Below are positions 41,701 to 51,616 of a DNA stretch of 64,000 nt, piece by piece (position 1 is the first letter of the stretch; each line of letters begins with the position of its first letter). A model generated the notes under the pieces. The model saw only the letters and a program-made list of their open reading frames with translations. It did no database searches and was not told where the DNA came from. Source of the stretch: Azolla caroliniana (Eukaryota; Plantae; Polypodiophyta); assembly GCA_043228905.1 (NCBI GenBank), contig JBHGNT010000009.1, positions 9,548,001 through 9,612,000 of the forward strand, read 5' to 3'. The translations under genes and the position numbers were made by a program.

Positions 41701-44700
41701 GAATCCAACCCTAACATTGCAAAACAGAGTGCATTATAGCTCGAACATAGGTCGATCCAGATGGAGAGGTCCCCAAAGTGAAGGAAGCACATGCGATGGC
41801 GGGAGATAATGGTCTTTATCTATTCATGTCGAGGGTGATGAGATCGTGATCCATGATGAGAGTATTTTGTATTGACAAAGGTTTGTCAATAAACATGGAT
41901 AAATCTAAAGCGGTGGTGTTTAACACTACTCAAGCATGGATAATATCTGCTTCACGCTGTGAGCATCTCCTGGTATCATGACATTCCTCATCATATCAAC
42001 TATTTTGTATACCAAGTTTGGGTGCTTTGGCCATTGTGTGGGGAAAGACGTTGGTGGTTGGTTTATGCAATGACTTTGACAATTCTTGCTGTAACTTCCT
42101 TTAGGGTGCAAAAGAATCCAAATTTAGCATACAATTATATACTCCACAACTATACACATCAATTGTCTCCCAAGTAAATTGGTTTCTAGCCACCCCAATC
42201 TCCTTCTTAGTACATACGTCCTTTGTACAACCATCCTTCACCTCAAAACATTAGATATGCATGATCTGCTGCCAAGCCGATACGAAAACCAGAGATAGTG
42301 AGCTCTGTTATTTCAGGTATAAGAGATGGTGATCCCATCAAGTAATCCACCGTGCTTGCATATCCTTTGGGGTTCCAACATGTAAAGCATCTGACCTGAG
42401 CCTTCTGAAAATTCATTATATATCACAAATCCATGTGCACTTCCCAAGGCTAGAAAGTGTTTGCCATATTCCGTTACTTCACTGATATCTTGTTAAAGAT
42501 GCATTGAAGTCTTTTAAGAGGCCAAAATGGCCTATAAGACCACACAAGAAATTACACCTGAAACTATTGTCCATCTTTGAGAACAACAAACCGAAATAAA
42601 TGTAACTAAATAAAAATGAGAGTCACTGCAGAATCCTGTTATCTACATATGTATGATTCTCAAGATAAATAGATTGTAATTTTGTCTTCGAAAGATATCT
42701 AGCATAGGTCGAAGGAAGCACCTGCAGTGGCAGGAGATAATATCCTTTATCTGTCAATGACATGGGTGGTGAGATTACGGTCCACAAGTCCAGGTTCTAT
42801 GTGCGCAACAAATTGCTATAGTCCAATCTATTGTAACCCATTGGCAGTGTCCTGATCAAGAGCCCACTTGTGTAGTCCTTGGGAGAGAGGTTATGTATGA
42901 GCTTCACTATGATATATATTTACTCCACGATCCATGACAATTGTCTCATGGGTGACCGAATGAAGGTCAACTCAAATAGACAATCACCTCAAAGTGAAGT
43001 CAAATAGAGCTTTGTTGGTGTCATCATTCCCTTTTTTGCTTCAAGAGAATCCCCTCAGTTACTACACATCTCTTTTGTGGAGATGCCAAACCCACGCCTT
43101 TACGAGGCGTACTGTTGAAGATGGTGAGAGAAAAGTAGATAGTATTATCAAGGAAAATTCTGAGCTGCAAGATTGGGAGAGGAGAATTTCATCATACAAA
43201 ATTAATATGCTCTCTAATTATGATCCTGACAGAGACGCTATAAAAATCAAAATTTTATATCATTGAGGGGGTTTGTACTAGATTTTAAACACAGCTGACT
43301 ATTGGTGATACAGATTCTAATGTGGTCAAAACTGTGTGCAGAAACAAGGTAGATCTTATAATATTCTTGCTAGAGCTAGCTGAAAAGTTTCAGGAAACAA
43401 CTTATGAGGGAGAGCAATGTTGCAAATCCATCATTTACAGACATTATTCACGCTCCATGAGAGGAATGGGCGAGGCTTCAAACATCATTCAGACAAAGCC
43501 ATTATGTCAACAGTCCTTCGTTTCTCTTTGGGAGAAAAGTTTTTCCTTGTTTCTTCTCAATACAAGCAGCTTTTGTAGTAGAAACAAATTTTCTTTGAAA
43601 TGACAATGTACAGCCATCCATAAATGAAATGAAACCTCTAAACTGGATACGATATATTTGAAAAGATGATAGAAAGAAAGACATATTAATGTCTTTTAAG
43701 AGGCCAAAATGGCCAACAAGACCCAACAAGAGATTGTATCTTCAATTTTTATCTTGTCTTGAAGACAATACAAAATGAATAGAACTAAGAACATTGAACT
43801 GAATCGAGACATGACAAACTTCATTTGTACCTCACTGAAAGACAATACAATACTTTAATGGCACAGACATTAAATCATAGGTATCGAAATTATATATTTA
43901 CTTTATGCGAAATGTGCATTTACAGACAGCACAAATGGTGCAAATACATTTGGAACCAAATAATTACAGAGCGTGAGTATGTTGATTATAACCTGATACC
44001 ACATTGACTGGAAACGGAGACCCACGAATGTTGGTGGCACCATTTCCAACTTGTAGCCAGAAATTTCCAACCCGTGTAGGATACCATGAGACATAACCAT
44101 TACCATTATTTGTTCTATCACAATCATACTTAACATTCTCTGATGAAACTGCAACTCTGGCTCTGAAGTCAGAAGCCACATAAGCACTAAACTCAAAACA
44201 GTCCACCTCGAGAACAGTATTACTTGATACCGGATTACCATACACATCTTTCTGAGTGACTTTCAGTATGGCTCTTTCTCCCACACGGATAGTATTATTG
44301 GAAATCCAGTCAGCAGTAGTTAATGAAACTGAGACCGATCCTATACAATCCATTCTTACATTTAGTCTAGGAATCAATTTCAAACAATTCAGTTACATGA
44401 GATTAGAATGCAAATTGAATAAAAAGGAAGGCCCCACAATTGATATCTGGCCCATTAATCCCAGGCAGAAAAGGATTGCGTAAGAGAATATCCATTCCAG
44501 TTTTCATGCAAAAGGTTTACCCTGGTTAGCTTAGCGAATAAACACACATTTTCATTTTTAAAATAGAACAGTGTATCCTTTGTTAGAAAGATACATTTTC
44601 AAACGAAATAAAGCTCATAATGTATAACCATGCACCTGCCATGAGAGTTGTCCATACAAAGCTTTCCATTAAAGGGCCACCACTAGTTAGGATATAAGTG

Positions 44701-45708
44701 TAAAATGGTTGTAAGCTTGCTTGAGAGTTTGAATACCAACAATAGCCTTTATATACACCCGTGGAAGAGACAGGGCCGACCTTGCATGATGCGACCTCGA
44801 TCGGTTCAATACTTTGACTTGTAATACCATCAACTTCCAGTGTTTTTATCTTCCCCGTGTTTCGAGCCAGAAAAACAATCTTCTTCTCCTTGAAAGGCTG
44901 GCAGCGAGGACAACTCTGACAATCAGATCTATAGCTGTACTGACAAAGTGTATCCAATAGCCTGTTACACCTTTTGTATACATGACAATCACAAGCGCTT
45001 GTAAAACCTTTCATCTCAAAGTAAAGCTTTTGGCCTTCTGTAACAATCATTGCACCATTTCTCTCATCCTGCCACTTAAATGTAGAACACCATATACTCG
45101 GTCCCAATTTTGGGAAGAGGACCATATTGCAAGTGCCTACAAATAACAGAAGAAAAACACATACATATGCAAATGTCAACATAAACAAATACGTTGATAC
45201 AAGGTTGGCCTTATTCAAATTGTTGGAAATCAAACAAGACATGCTAAAGCACAATACATCATTGTCTATAATCACAGGGACCCTTACCAAATTTCTAAAT
45301 TCACATATATGAAAATGACAGTGTAGGAATAGAAAGATTTGTTGTCAATACATAGGTCAAAAGTTAAAGCCTCCAGATATGAGTTGTTGCATTCATTATA
45401 GAAAGTCATCATAATTTCCATTTGATATCATGCACAGTAGTTATTTTCTTCGAAATAATTTTATTACAACATTGTCATTATCACTTTTTCCACAATTTAA
45501 TGAGTGAAAACTGATTACCTTTCCTTTTAAAGAACAGCATTAACAAAGGTCATTGCTTGTACAATGTGGAACTTAACACAGGAAAAGTATTTTGCTTACA
45601 TAGCAACAATGGTGTGATTCCAAGCAAGCATGAAATCAACCATGGCAGGTATAGGATTTGCCACGACAAAGAAACTTTGGAGAATGAGTGAGTGACACCA
45701 CATTGCAT
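8719..45708 (-). CDS. GEX2: GEX2-like (gamete expressed 2) filamin-repeat type I membrane protein, 24 coding exons, ~2211 aa
   Basis: Manual GT-AG splicing gives one open frame of 6636 nt. Exons: 45600-45708, 44636-45136, 43993-44340, 40954-41277, 40544-40876, 40103-40423, 39567-39908, 39148-39486, 38489-38824, 35851-36171, 35295-35612, 34217-34564, 32340-32648, 30838-31152, 27339-27653, 18361-18672, 17493-17816, 16521-16605, 16175-16396, 9698-9927, 9371-9621, 9098-9248, 8852-8997, 8719-8754. Filamin motifs recur (AG...D.YGN...G.Y...GSPF...PG). C-terminal motifs [18 protein letters not shown] and [15 protein letters not shown]...VPLFATA match my recollection of plant GEX2. Confidence 0.88.
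8852..8997 (-). CDS. GEX2: GEX2-like exon 23, transmembrane helix
   Basis: [28 protein letters not shown]; TTTCAG acceptor, GTGAGT donor. Confidence 0.82.
9098..9248 (-). CDS. GEX2: GEX2-like exon 22
   Basis: [29 protein letters not shown]. Confidence 0.85.
9371..9621 (-). CDS. GEX2: GEX2-like exon 21
   Basis: [10 protein letters not shown]...[20 protein letters not shown]. Confidence 0.82.
9698..9927 (-). CDS. GEX2: GEX2-like exon 20
   Basis: [10 protein letters not shown]...VNNPPYI...SVGDFD. Confidence 0.82.
11012..16077 (+). mobile_element. Ty1/Copia element in GEX2 intron 19; degenerate, integrase core deleted
   Basis: LTRs 11012-~11405 and 15673-16077; TSD AAAAG on both sides; gag, DSGAS protease, YVDD RT and RNase H with stops and frameshifts; CEACQ joined directly to VGYA. 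Confidence 0.92.
14666..14960 (+). repeat. 105-bp tandem triplication in the Copia RNase H
   Basis: [12 protein letters not shown]...SWSNKKQPT units start at 14666, 14771 and 14876. Confidence 0.9.
16175..16396 (-). CDS. GEX2: GEX2-like exon 19
   Basis: ELKAQHGYL...[12 protein letters not shown]; phase 2-2. Confidence 0.8.
16521..16605 (-). CDS. GEX2: GEX2-like exon 18 (85 nt linker)
   Basis: Too short for the ORF track. GCAG acceptor and GTAGGT donor convert phase 1 to phase 2, exactly as exon 19 requires. Confidence 0.65.
17493..17816 (-). CDS. GEX2: GEX2-like exon 17, filamin repeat 15
   Basis: GNGLFGGIA...RDRFQN...NGSY...[13 protein letters not shown]. Confidence 0.85.
18361..18672 (-). 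CDS. GEX2: GEX2-like exon 16, filamin repeat 14
   Basis: VAGE...DHLNGTY...SGSY...[10 protein letters not shown]. Confidence 0.85.
19019..20857 (-). mobile_element. 5'-truncated LINE (RTEX/CR1-like ORF2 C-terminus, (CTTT)n tail, duplicated 3' end)
   Basis: RT end (LQRHLNAL...KTKVMVF...YTYLG), [11 protein letters not shown] zinc-finger region, shared 3' UTR. Confidence 0.85.
20858..21041 (-). mobile_element. Partial LTR of the intronic Copia family
   Basis: Ends GTTGAGCTTGATTCTCAACA, the reverse complement of the LTR start at 11012/15673. Confidence 0.75.
21880..22791. mobile_element. Two oppositely oriented LINE fragments (+ ~21880-22308; - ~22545-22791)
   Basis: Same family as 36298-37846. 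Confidence 0.75.
22323..22542 (+). pseudogene. rrn18: Mitochondrial 18S (SSU) rRNA fragment (NUMT)
   Basis: AAACTCAAAGGAATTGACGGGGG..GCACAAGCGGTGGAGCATGTGG; GATACAACGCGCAAAAC...CCTTGACATATG is the plant-mitochondrial variant as I recall it; several substitutions; only 220 bp. Confidence 0.85.
22792..25700 (-). mobile_element. Second, internally deleted copy of the intronic Copia family (3' LTR 22792-23183; no 5' LTR)
   Basis: Reverse complement of the 11480-16077 region; RT and RNase H ORF pieces; gag fused to the post-integrase region near 25456. Confidence 0.9.
26020..26680 (+). mobile_element. Cluster of LINE 3' fragments
   Basis: AGGCCATTTTGGCCTCTTAAAAGACGTTAATATATCTTTCTTTC 3' end at ~26300-26345; degenerate end at ~26020-26070. 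Confidence 0.7.
27339..27653 (-). CDS. GEX2: GEX2-like exon 15, filamin repeat 13
   Basis: GFGL...FDSYGNP...GTY...GGSPF. Confidence 0.85.
27850..28700. mobile_element. LINE 3' fragments in both orientations
   Basis: Same 3' UTR and tail: + at ~27850-27915 and ~28130-28190; - at ~28205-28700. Confidence 0.65.
28818..30762 (-). mobile_element. 5'-truncated LINE with a ~90-bp tandem duplication at its 5' junction
   Basis: ORF 29993..30664 VKQGCPLSP...LLYTDD; duplication 30583-30672 / 30673-30762. Confidence 0.88.
30838..31152 (-). CDS. GEX2: GEX2-like exon 14, filamin repeat 12
   Basis: [10 protein letters not shown]...YDDYNN...[13 protein letters not shown]. Confidence 0.85.
32340..32648 (-). 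CDS. GEX2: GEX2-like exon 13, filamin repeat 11
   Basis: [11 protein letters not shown]...RDRVGNP...AGQY. Confidence 0.82.
34217..34564 (-). CDS. GEX2: GEX2-like exon 12, filamin repeat 10
   Basis: PRDMFGN...PGEYWLQVG...[13 protein letters not shown]. Confidence 0.85.
35295..35612 (-). CDS. GEX2: GEX2-like exon 11, filamin repeat 9
   Basis: [10 protein letters not shown]...YDALNN...[13 protein letters not shown]. Confidence 0.85.
35851..36171 (-). CDS. GEX2: GEX2-like exon 10, filamin repeat 8
   Basis: [11 protein letters not shown]...RDKSGYP...AGQY. Confidence 0.85.
36298..37846 (-). mobile_element. 5'-truncated LINE
   Basis: ORFs 36893..37582 and 37447..37842; [15 protein letters not shown]...LCH...EEHYVCHC; (CTTT)n tail. 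Confidence 0.88.
38489..38824 (-). CDS. GEX2: GEX2-like exon 9, filamin repeat 7
   Basis: KDLGGN...VGKY...[13 protein letters not shown]. Confidence 0.85.
39148..39486 (-). CDS. GEX2: GEX2-like exon 8, filamin repeat 6
   Basis: KAG...KDSYDN...[11 protein letters not shown]. Confidence 0.85.
39567..39908 (-). CDS. GEX2: GEX2-like exon 7, filamin repeat 5
   Basis: IAGN...QMDAFGN...[11 protein letters not shown]. Confidence 0.85.
40103..40423 (-). CDS. GEX2: GEX2-like exon 6, filamin repeat 4
   Basis: FNAG...TDKYGN...AGNYYL...PIPFSVRAG. Confidence 0.85.
40544..40876 (-). CDS. GEX2: GEX2-like exon 5, filamin repeat 3
   Basis: FSAGD...QRDSNGN...[13 protein letters not shown]. Confidence 0.85.
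40954..41277 (-). CDS. GEX2: GEX2-like exon 4, filamin repeat 2
   Basis: GPISIKSC...FVAG...KDSSGN...[13 protein letters not shown]; phase 1-1. Confidence 0.85.
42500..42880 (-). mobile_element. LINE 3' fragment (further pieces at ~10010-10200, ~18197-18300, ~41745-41940, ~43665-43800)
   Basis: TAAGAGGCCAAAATGGCC...ACAAGAGATT 3'-end motif. Confidence 0.7.
43993..44340 (-). CDS. GEX2: GEX2-like exon 3, filamin repeat 1
   Basis: QKDVYGN...GNFWLQVG...IRGSPF; phase 1-1. Confidence 0.85.
44636..45136 (-). CDS. GEX2: GEX2-like exon 2, Cys-rich N-terminal domain
   Basis: Inside ORF 44583..45290; AG/GT boundaries; 501 nt, phase 1-1. Confidence 0.8.
45600..45708 (-). CDS. GEX2: GEX2-like exon 1, signal peptide ([36 protein letters not shown])
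   Basis: ATG preceded by an in-frame TAA; hydrophobic stretch; GTAAGC donor in phase 1, matching exon 2. Confidence 0.7.
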
Positions 45709-47957
45709 TGATTTTTAAGTCCAAACTTCCACTACGGGAATCCTCGTGCTGAATACATATCTCATATCGTCAATACTTGAACAAGATACTCTCTGATGCT
45801 TTTGTGCACTACCTGTTTTCCATGGAAACATTGGATTTCTTGTAAGCTTTTAAGTCTTAATTTTTGCTACAATATACTCACGTTGACTATACACATATAT
45901 CTGATCTCAAGAACTAGAGCTCGATGAAATCTTCTGTAGATTTCTCTTAAACTAATCAGAAGAATTTGACCCATCTGAAATACTTGACAGATTTCTCTTC
46001 AGAAGTGCTTTAAACATTAATTTTTCTCTGGAAGGAAAAGGGATTTCTTCCATACATGCCATTTATATTAAGTCCATATTTTTTCTGATAATAGAACTGA
46101 TTTCATCAGAACTTCAACCAGATAAAATATCTCACGGATTCTCCTTCAGTTTTTGCATTCTAAAATGACCTGTTTCCAGAAAGAATAATAACGCAGGAAT
46201 TTGGTACAGAAACCCTTGTGTCAAACATAAATATATATTCAGGATCAGCAAAACTCGAACCAACGGAGATTTTTGCAAAGTTCTGTCCCCTTGAACTCAT
46301 CAGAACTCGAACTACATAAAAAATTCACAGAATGCTTTGTAAAAAGCCGACTGTTTTCAATAAGAACAAGAGATTTTCTGCAAGATTTTATGAGACCTCA
46401 TCAGATCTGTTGGTTTCCGCTGAGGGAGTTCGGTGGTTTTCTGTCTGTTGCGTTTGTTTTTCTTTTCTACTTCTGATGAGTTTTGCTATACGTTTCTGGT
46501 GTCTCTGCGTTTTGGGAAATTCCCTAAATATCCCTGTAACTTTTTTTCTTCGTCTTCTTAATTTTCAGTATTTTCTCTAATGCCCCCGCCCTCCCAACGA
46601 ACTTCAACACACACACCACACCTAGCTATGGGCCCAGTATCAGCGCGAACCATTAAGCCATTGTCTAACAGTTTATCAGTTCCAATATAATTTAACGGTT
46701 TGGTTTTAGTTCAGCTTGATCTAAAACTTGATTATCGATTTATAGGTTTAATGGTTTATTGGTCGTTTGTTAATTTTTTTTATTTCTTAAATGGTTTACT
46801 AATTTAATAGTTTAATTAATGTTTTTTGTTTATTGATTTATTTAATTTATTGAAATGCTTATTAAATTTAATAGTTTAATTAATGCTTTTTATTTATTTA
46901 TTTAATTTAACTTGAATGCTTATTTAATCTTTTTATTAATTTGATTTAAATGGTTAGGTTTAAATTTTTTATTAAATGGTTTTGTTTGGTTCAACTTTTT
47001 CCTAAATGGTTTGCTTTAAGTGGCTTGAGAATTTATAAACGGTTTCTCTTGGTTTTCGTTTTCTATACATAAATTAGTTTGGTTCGGTTTGGCTTGGTTT
47101 CAACTTCAAGGCAAACAAAATGAACCAAGCTTGTGGCTACACACACCCTTGAAACATAAAAGAAGCCTTTTCCACGTGTTTGTGTGTGTGTGTGTGTGTG
47201 GTGTGTGTGTGTTTTCCAAAATGCGCGGATATGTCCATGCATTTTCTTCATTTCTAGGGCTTACGGAAATTGCACCCCAACACACACACCTTAAAAGACG
47301 TTAAATACACAAACACATGCACCCGTTTTGTTTTCTTTATTTCTACAGCTTTCATTACTTATTGAAATTGCCAACCCACACACACCTAAGAGACTTTACA
47401 TACATGCACGCACATGTGTGAAAGTGAGTTTCAAAAACTCATATAGGCATTGCTATTTTTTTCGCTTCCATCAATTCTCCCCCCTTCCCTCACTCCACAT
47501 CAGAAATAAGGTTCTACAATAGATGGGAAAACAAACAAATTGATCCATAATTTTGCTATATATAGCATGTGTAATTGAGGACAATGGGACAAATCAATCT
47601 TATATAATCTATTAGGTGTTGGGCTACAAAAAGGGGGCAAGCTACCTCCTTCATCATGGCATCATGAGACGTTGACAATATTCTATCGTTAAGGCAAAAC
47701 TCTCTTTCTATTGGACCTATTCATCTCAACTTCCAATGTATAAAACATGGTAATATTCACTCGTATGGGATGTTGATTGTATTTTATGTTTGTCTTTTGT
47801 CCTTCACTCAATAGTGTTTGACGTGTTTAAGCTCCCTTAAACCATTATTTTCTTAATCTCAATATTCATTTATTATCATTGGTATTTTTATTTTGTAATA
47901 CATGGCACGGTTGTTATTTGACACATAGGGTAGTGGGAGCCAAGTTATGGAGAGCGA

Positions 47958-49700
47958 TGTTGAATACGGGGTATAATGGATGTATTCACACTATCCCATT
48001 TGGACATACTAGGTTTAGGACATTTATGTAAATATGTCTAAAGGGAGTTGCCCTAGCCCAGTTATTATATAACTGGCTTTGTAACCTAATTCATGTTGTT
48101 GGATACCATTTGAATAATACAGTTAGTATTTGTGTTCCGGATAGAACTAGCCGATAGTCGAAGCCAATCGACTCGTATCCAAATCCGAGTAGAACAAATT
48201 CGGGTGAGCCAACCGGATGCACATTGTCACCATTCATAGCCAACTATGGACAAAGCCATCTCAAGCCGACACAAATGACTTCAACATCCGGCTCATCGGA
48301 GATGAGTCTTAGGAAGTTTGACGGGTCGAACTTCAACTTCTGGAAGGAACAAATGCAAGATTATCTGATCGTCAAAGGTCTAATAGATCTGATCGAATTC
48401 AAAAATCCTCCAAAAGAGTACAAGCCGAATGAGTGGACAAAGTTAGATTGAATTGTCTAGGCCACCATTCATATGCACTTGTCAGTGTAATTCATAATGC
48501 AATCGTGTTCGACTACCTTCCAACTATGGAAGACACTATTGGACACTTATGAAAAGAAGGTCGCCGCAACAAAGATATATCTTATTTGGCGCCTCTATAA
48601 CCTTTGGATAAAAGAATCCAACTCAATCCAAGCACACATCAACGAGTACAAAAGCCTAAGCTCCGAAATTGTGGTTCATGGGACGACAATTGAAGACGAA
48701 CTAAAAGTGTCGCAATTGTGCGCTAATATGTAGTATCCCCCCTCCATGGGAAACTTCTGTCACAATTGTGTGCAATGTGTCGACTGTTGCAATAAAGTAC
48801 TATGAAGTCACAAGCTCAATCATGATTGAAGTAGCTCAGAGGAAATCATTTGGAAATCATTTGACCAGTGACGCATACGAAGTACAAGGTTTGGCTGACC
48901 AACTGAATGGTCGAGGGAGAAGTTTTTCCCGATCACCGAGAAATCAACGAAGCCAGAGTAAGTATTGGGATAATCGAACCTGCAATTATTGCAAGAAACT
49001 TGGACATATCAAGGTCGATTTCCGCGCCCTCAAATCCAAGAATGATAAGGCCCAGAGAACCGATCACAAGGGTAGTCGATAAGATGAGGTCAATTACGCT
49101 GACTCATCAGCCGAAGTACTGATAGACGACACGAACATCCTATTCATAGAAAACTTAGTTGAATCAGAAGTTCTACTTATGACTGAAGAGTCAAGCACTT
49201 GGCTCCTAAATTCGGGTGTGTCCTACCATGTGATGCCTCATAGATCTCAATTCTAGCAATATTCGGCACAACATTCCAAAGGAATGAGCCAGAAATTTGC
49301 AACACTACACTATCATTGGAATCGGTATGGTAGAGCTTAACCTTCCGGGTGGCTCTACCCTTGTACTACATTTTTTAACATTCCAAAGGAATGAGCCAGA
49401 AATTTCTAACATGTACTTGAGCTCTCAAGACCATTGATCTCAGTCGAACAATTGGACGAAGATGACATTTGTGTCGGCTCCTCAACAGGAGAGTGGACAC
49501 TCCACAAGGGGAACCACTGATTGCCAGAGGACTAAAGGTGCACTCATTGTACCCACTATATGTCACTCTTAGAGAGGGGGGCCTATTCTTGGTAGACATT
49601 CCCGTATCATCTCTTTGGCATTGTCGATTCTTTCACTTCAGTAAACTTGGCATCGCGCATCTATCTAGATCCGGCTACATCCCCAAGCTCTCATTCTCCG
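47958..49700 (+). mobile_element. Degenerate Ty1/Copia 5' part (gag, zinc knuckle, protease, pre-integrase)
   Basis: KFDGSNFNFWK; CNYCKKLGHIK; WLLNSGVSYH; SLWHCRF; many stops. Confidence 0.8.
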
Positions 49701-51497
49701 TGTTACTACCTTCTAGTAACACGGGGTTTCAATACTCGTTACTTTGGTATTTGATTCAAGGTCTTGTGGTCAAGAGGTGGGAAACGTGCACTGGGAATAC
49801 ACAGTAGGTCACAACTTCTACTACTGAGCGCAAAAGGTCGCGTAGGATAGTCTGGAACAAGTTAGTGTATCAATGGAGTCTATGGCCGAGCCGACTACAA
49901 CTGACTGGTTCCTTACAAAAGATAGTAGAACTCAGAGACTCTTAAAACATGAACATAGATCATAGCAAACAGATCTTCTATTAACTTATTGACTCAATAC
50001 AATTAACCCCCTTTACAAAGCTCCATGTCCCTATTTATAGGGAGCATGGACAATTATGTTTTAGAATGTGAACCTCTACTACTTCTTTTCATTATATTAC
50101 ATGTGTTATGTTACAATTCCCTGTCCCCTCCCCTCCCCCCCACTTTGACTTGCACTTGTCCCTACGACCCTTTCACACCTTGACCGTCCTGGCCGACCAA
50201 CACATGGCACGCCTGTGGGATAGTGCCATGCACGATCAAACCCAAAAACTTATTTGGCTATGCTTCTTCAAAGATTTGCAAAATGTTCAGCTCTTGCTGA
50301 GCTGATTCGGCGATGCCGGATGGTGCCGAAGCGTCCTCTATTTGCATGTCCCCTGCTCTATGGTTCTCTATGGCTACTATTGGATCTTCTTCGGTATACA
50401 TCCCTCCTTGACGGGATTCCTCACTCAATATAGACCGAGCGGCTTGGTCGACCTTATCCTCCTCCTCCAACTGCCGAATGGTTATGTCTTGTTGTGTTTG
50501 TTCAGTCGGCCTTAGTGGCGGTTGGTTGTGTCCTTCCTCTATCTCGTTTGTGCCAATTGGTGTTTACTTGTCTACCAGGATTCTTGGGGTTATTTGGTTG
50601 GCCACTTCCTAGGATGGCTGACTAGATTCGTTGATGGGCAAAGTGATGTGTTCCGTCTCTTGTCCCTCTTTCTGGTATCCCTCTGTCGGAATTCGTTCGG
50701 TTTCGTACACTTCTAACTCCATTGTGAGTTGGATCTGGGCGTCCTCAAATTCTTCTAGCAACCTCTGTATTTCTCATGAATAGAGTTGGGCCAAGGAGTG
50801 GTAATTGCTTGCTAGATCCTCCCGAATTGATGTGACACTTTCCTCGTCGCGCTTGTAAAATCTTTTGCCTTCTTTCTGCTGATTCTTTTCATTCGCACAG
50901 AATATGCGCAATTCAGCAGCTTGGGCCGACTAGGCCTCCCATTCCCTTTCCATAGTATTAGTGACCTTCTCCATGAACTAGTCCTTGTTGGTGTTGAGTA
51001 GGACCTTGATTCGGTCCGTGCCCATTTACACTTTAGCCCTCATTTCTTTTTCATTGTCTTCGAGTCGCTTGATCTTCCTTGCAACCATTGTTGATTGAAC
51101 CTCATATCGATCTTGGATTAAGCCCATGTTTTGGCATCCTTGACCAGTTTTTGCCCGTTTTCCCTCTCCATGCACCTCTTCTTCGGTTGAGCTTCCTGTT
51201 CCACCCCTTCTCTTGTTCTCTTTTCACTTTGTTGCCGAAGGGCGAATCATCCTCCGTCCTTCCTGTCAACCATCGGGACTCAGTTTGTCGAGTGGTGGCA
51301 TCCTCCTGTCTTGACTCCCTACCTTGGGTCGTTGGTTTGGCACTAGCCGGTGCCTGTTGCTAAGCCAAGGACTTGGTTTGCTCGTGCCCCGAGGTGTCCT
51401 CCTCCTGCCACTCTACTAGTTGGCGGCCAAATAGCCGTTGCTTCCTTCTAGGCAACGGTGGTGGTGTTGGCACTTTCTTCTTCGTCAAGGCCAAGCA
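49701..51497 (-). mobile_element. Gypsy 3' region, copy B: extra-ORF remnant plus LTR 49701-50202
   Basis: TGTT...AACA termini; minus-strand CTATAAATAGGG; QAAEL...FYK.DEES motif at ~50820-50925. Confidence 0.7.
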
Positions 51498-51616
51498 TGG
51501 TGGGTATAGAATGGTCAATTATGGATATTGGAGTTATGTGGAAGGAGCGAACAAAGTAGTGTCCGAGTCGGCACACAAGGATTTTCCGGTGTGGGAGCAA
51601 GCAACAAGTAGAGTCT
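51498..51616 (+). mobile_element. Copia gag fragment
   Basis: GYWSYVEGAN...WEQATSRV, homologous to 11650-11750. Confidence 0.6.
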
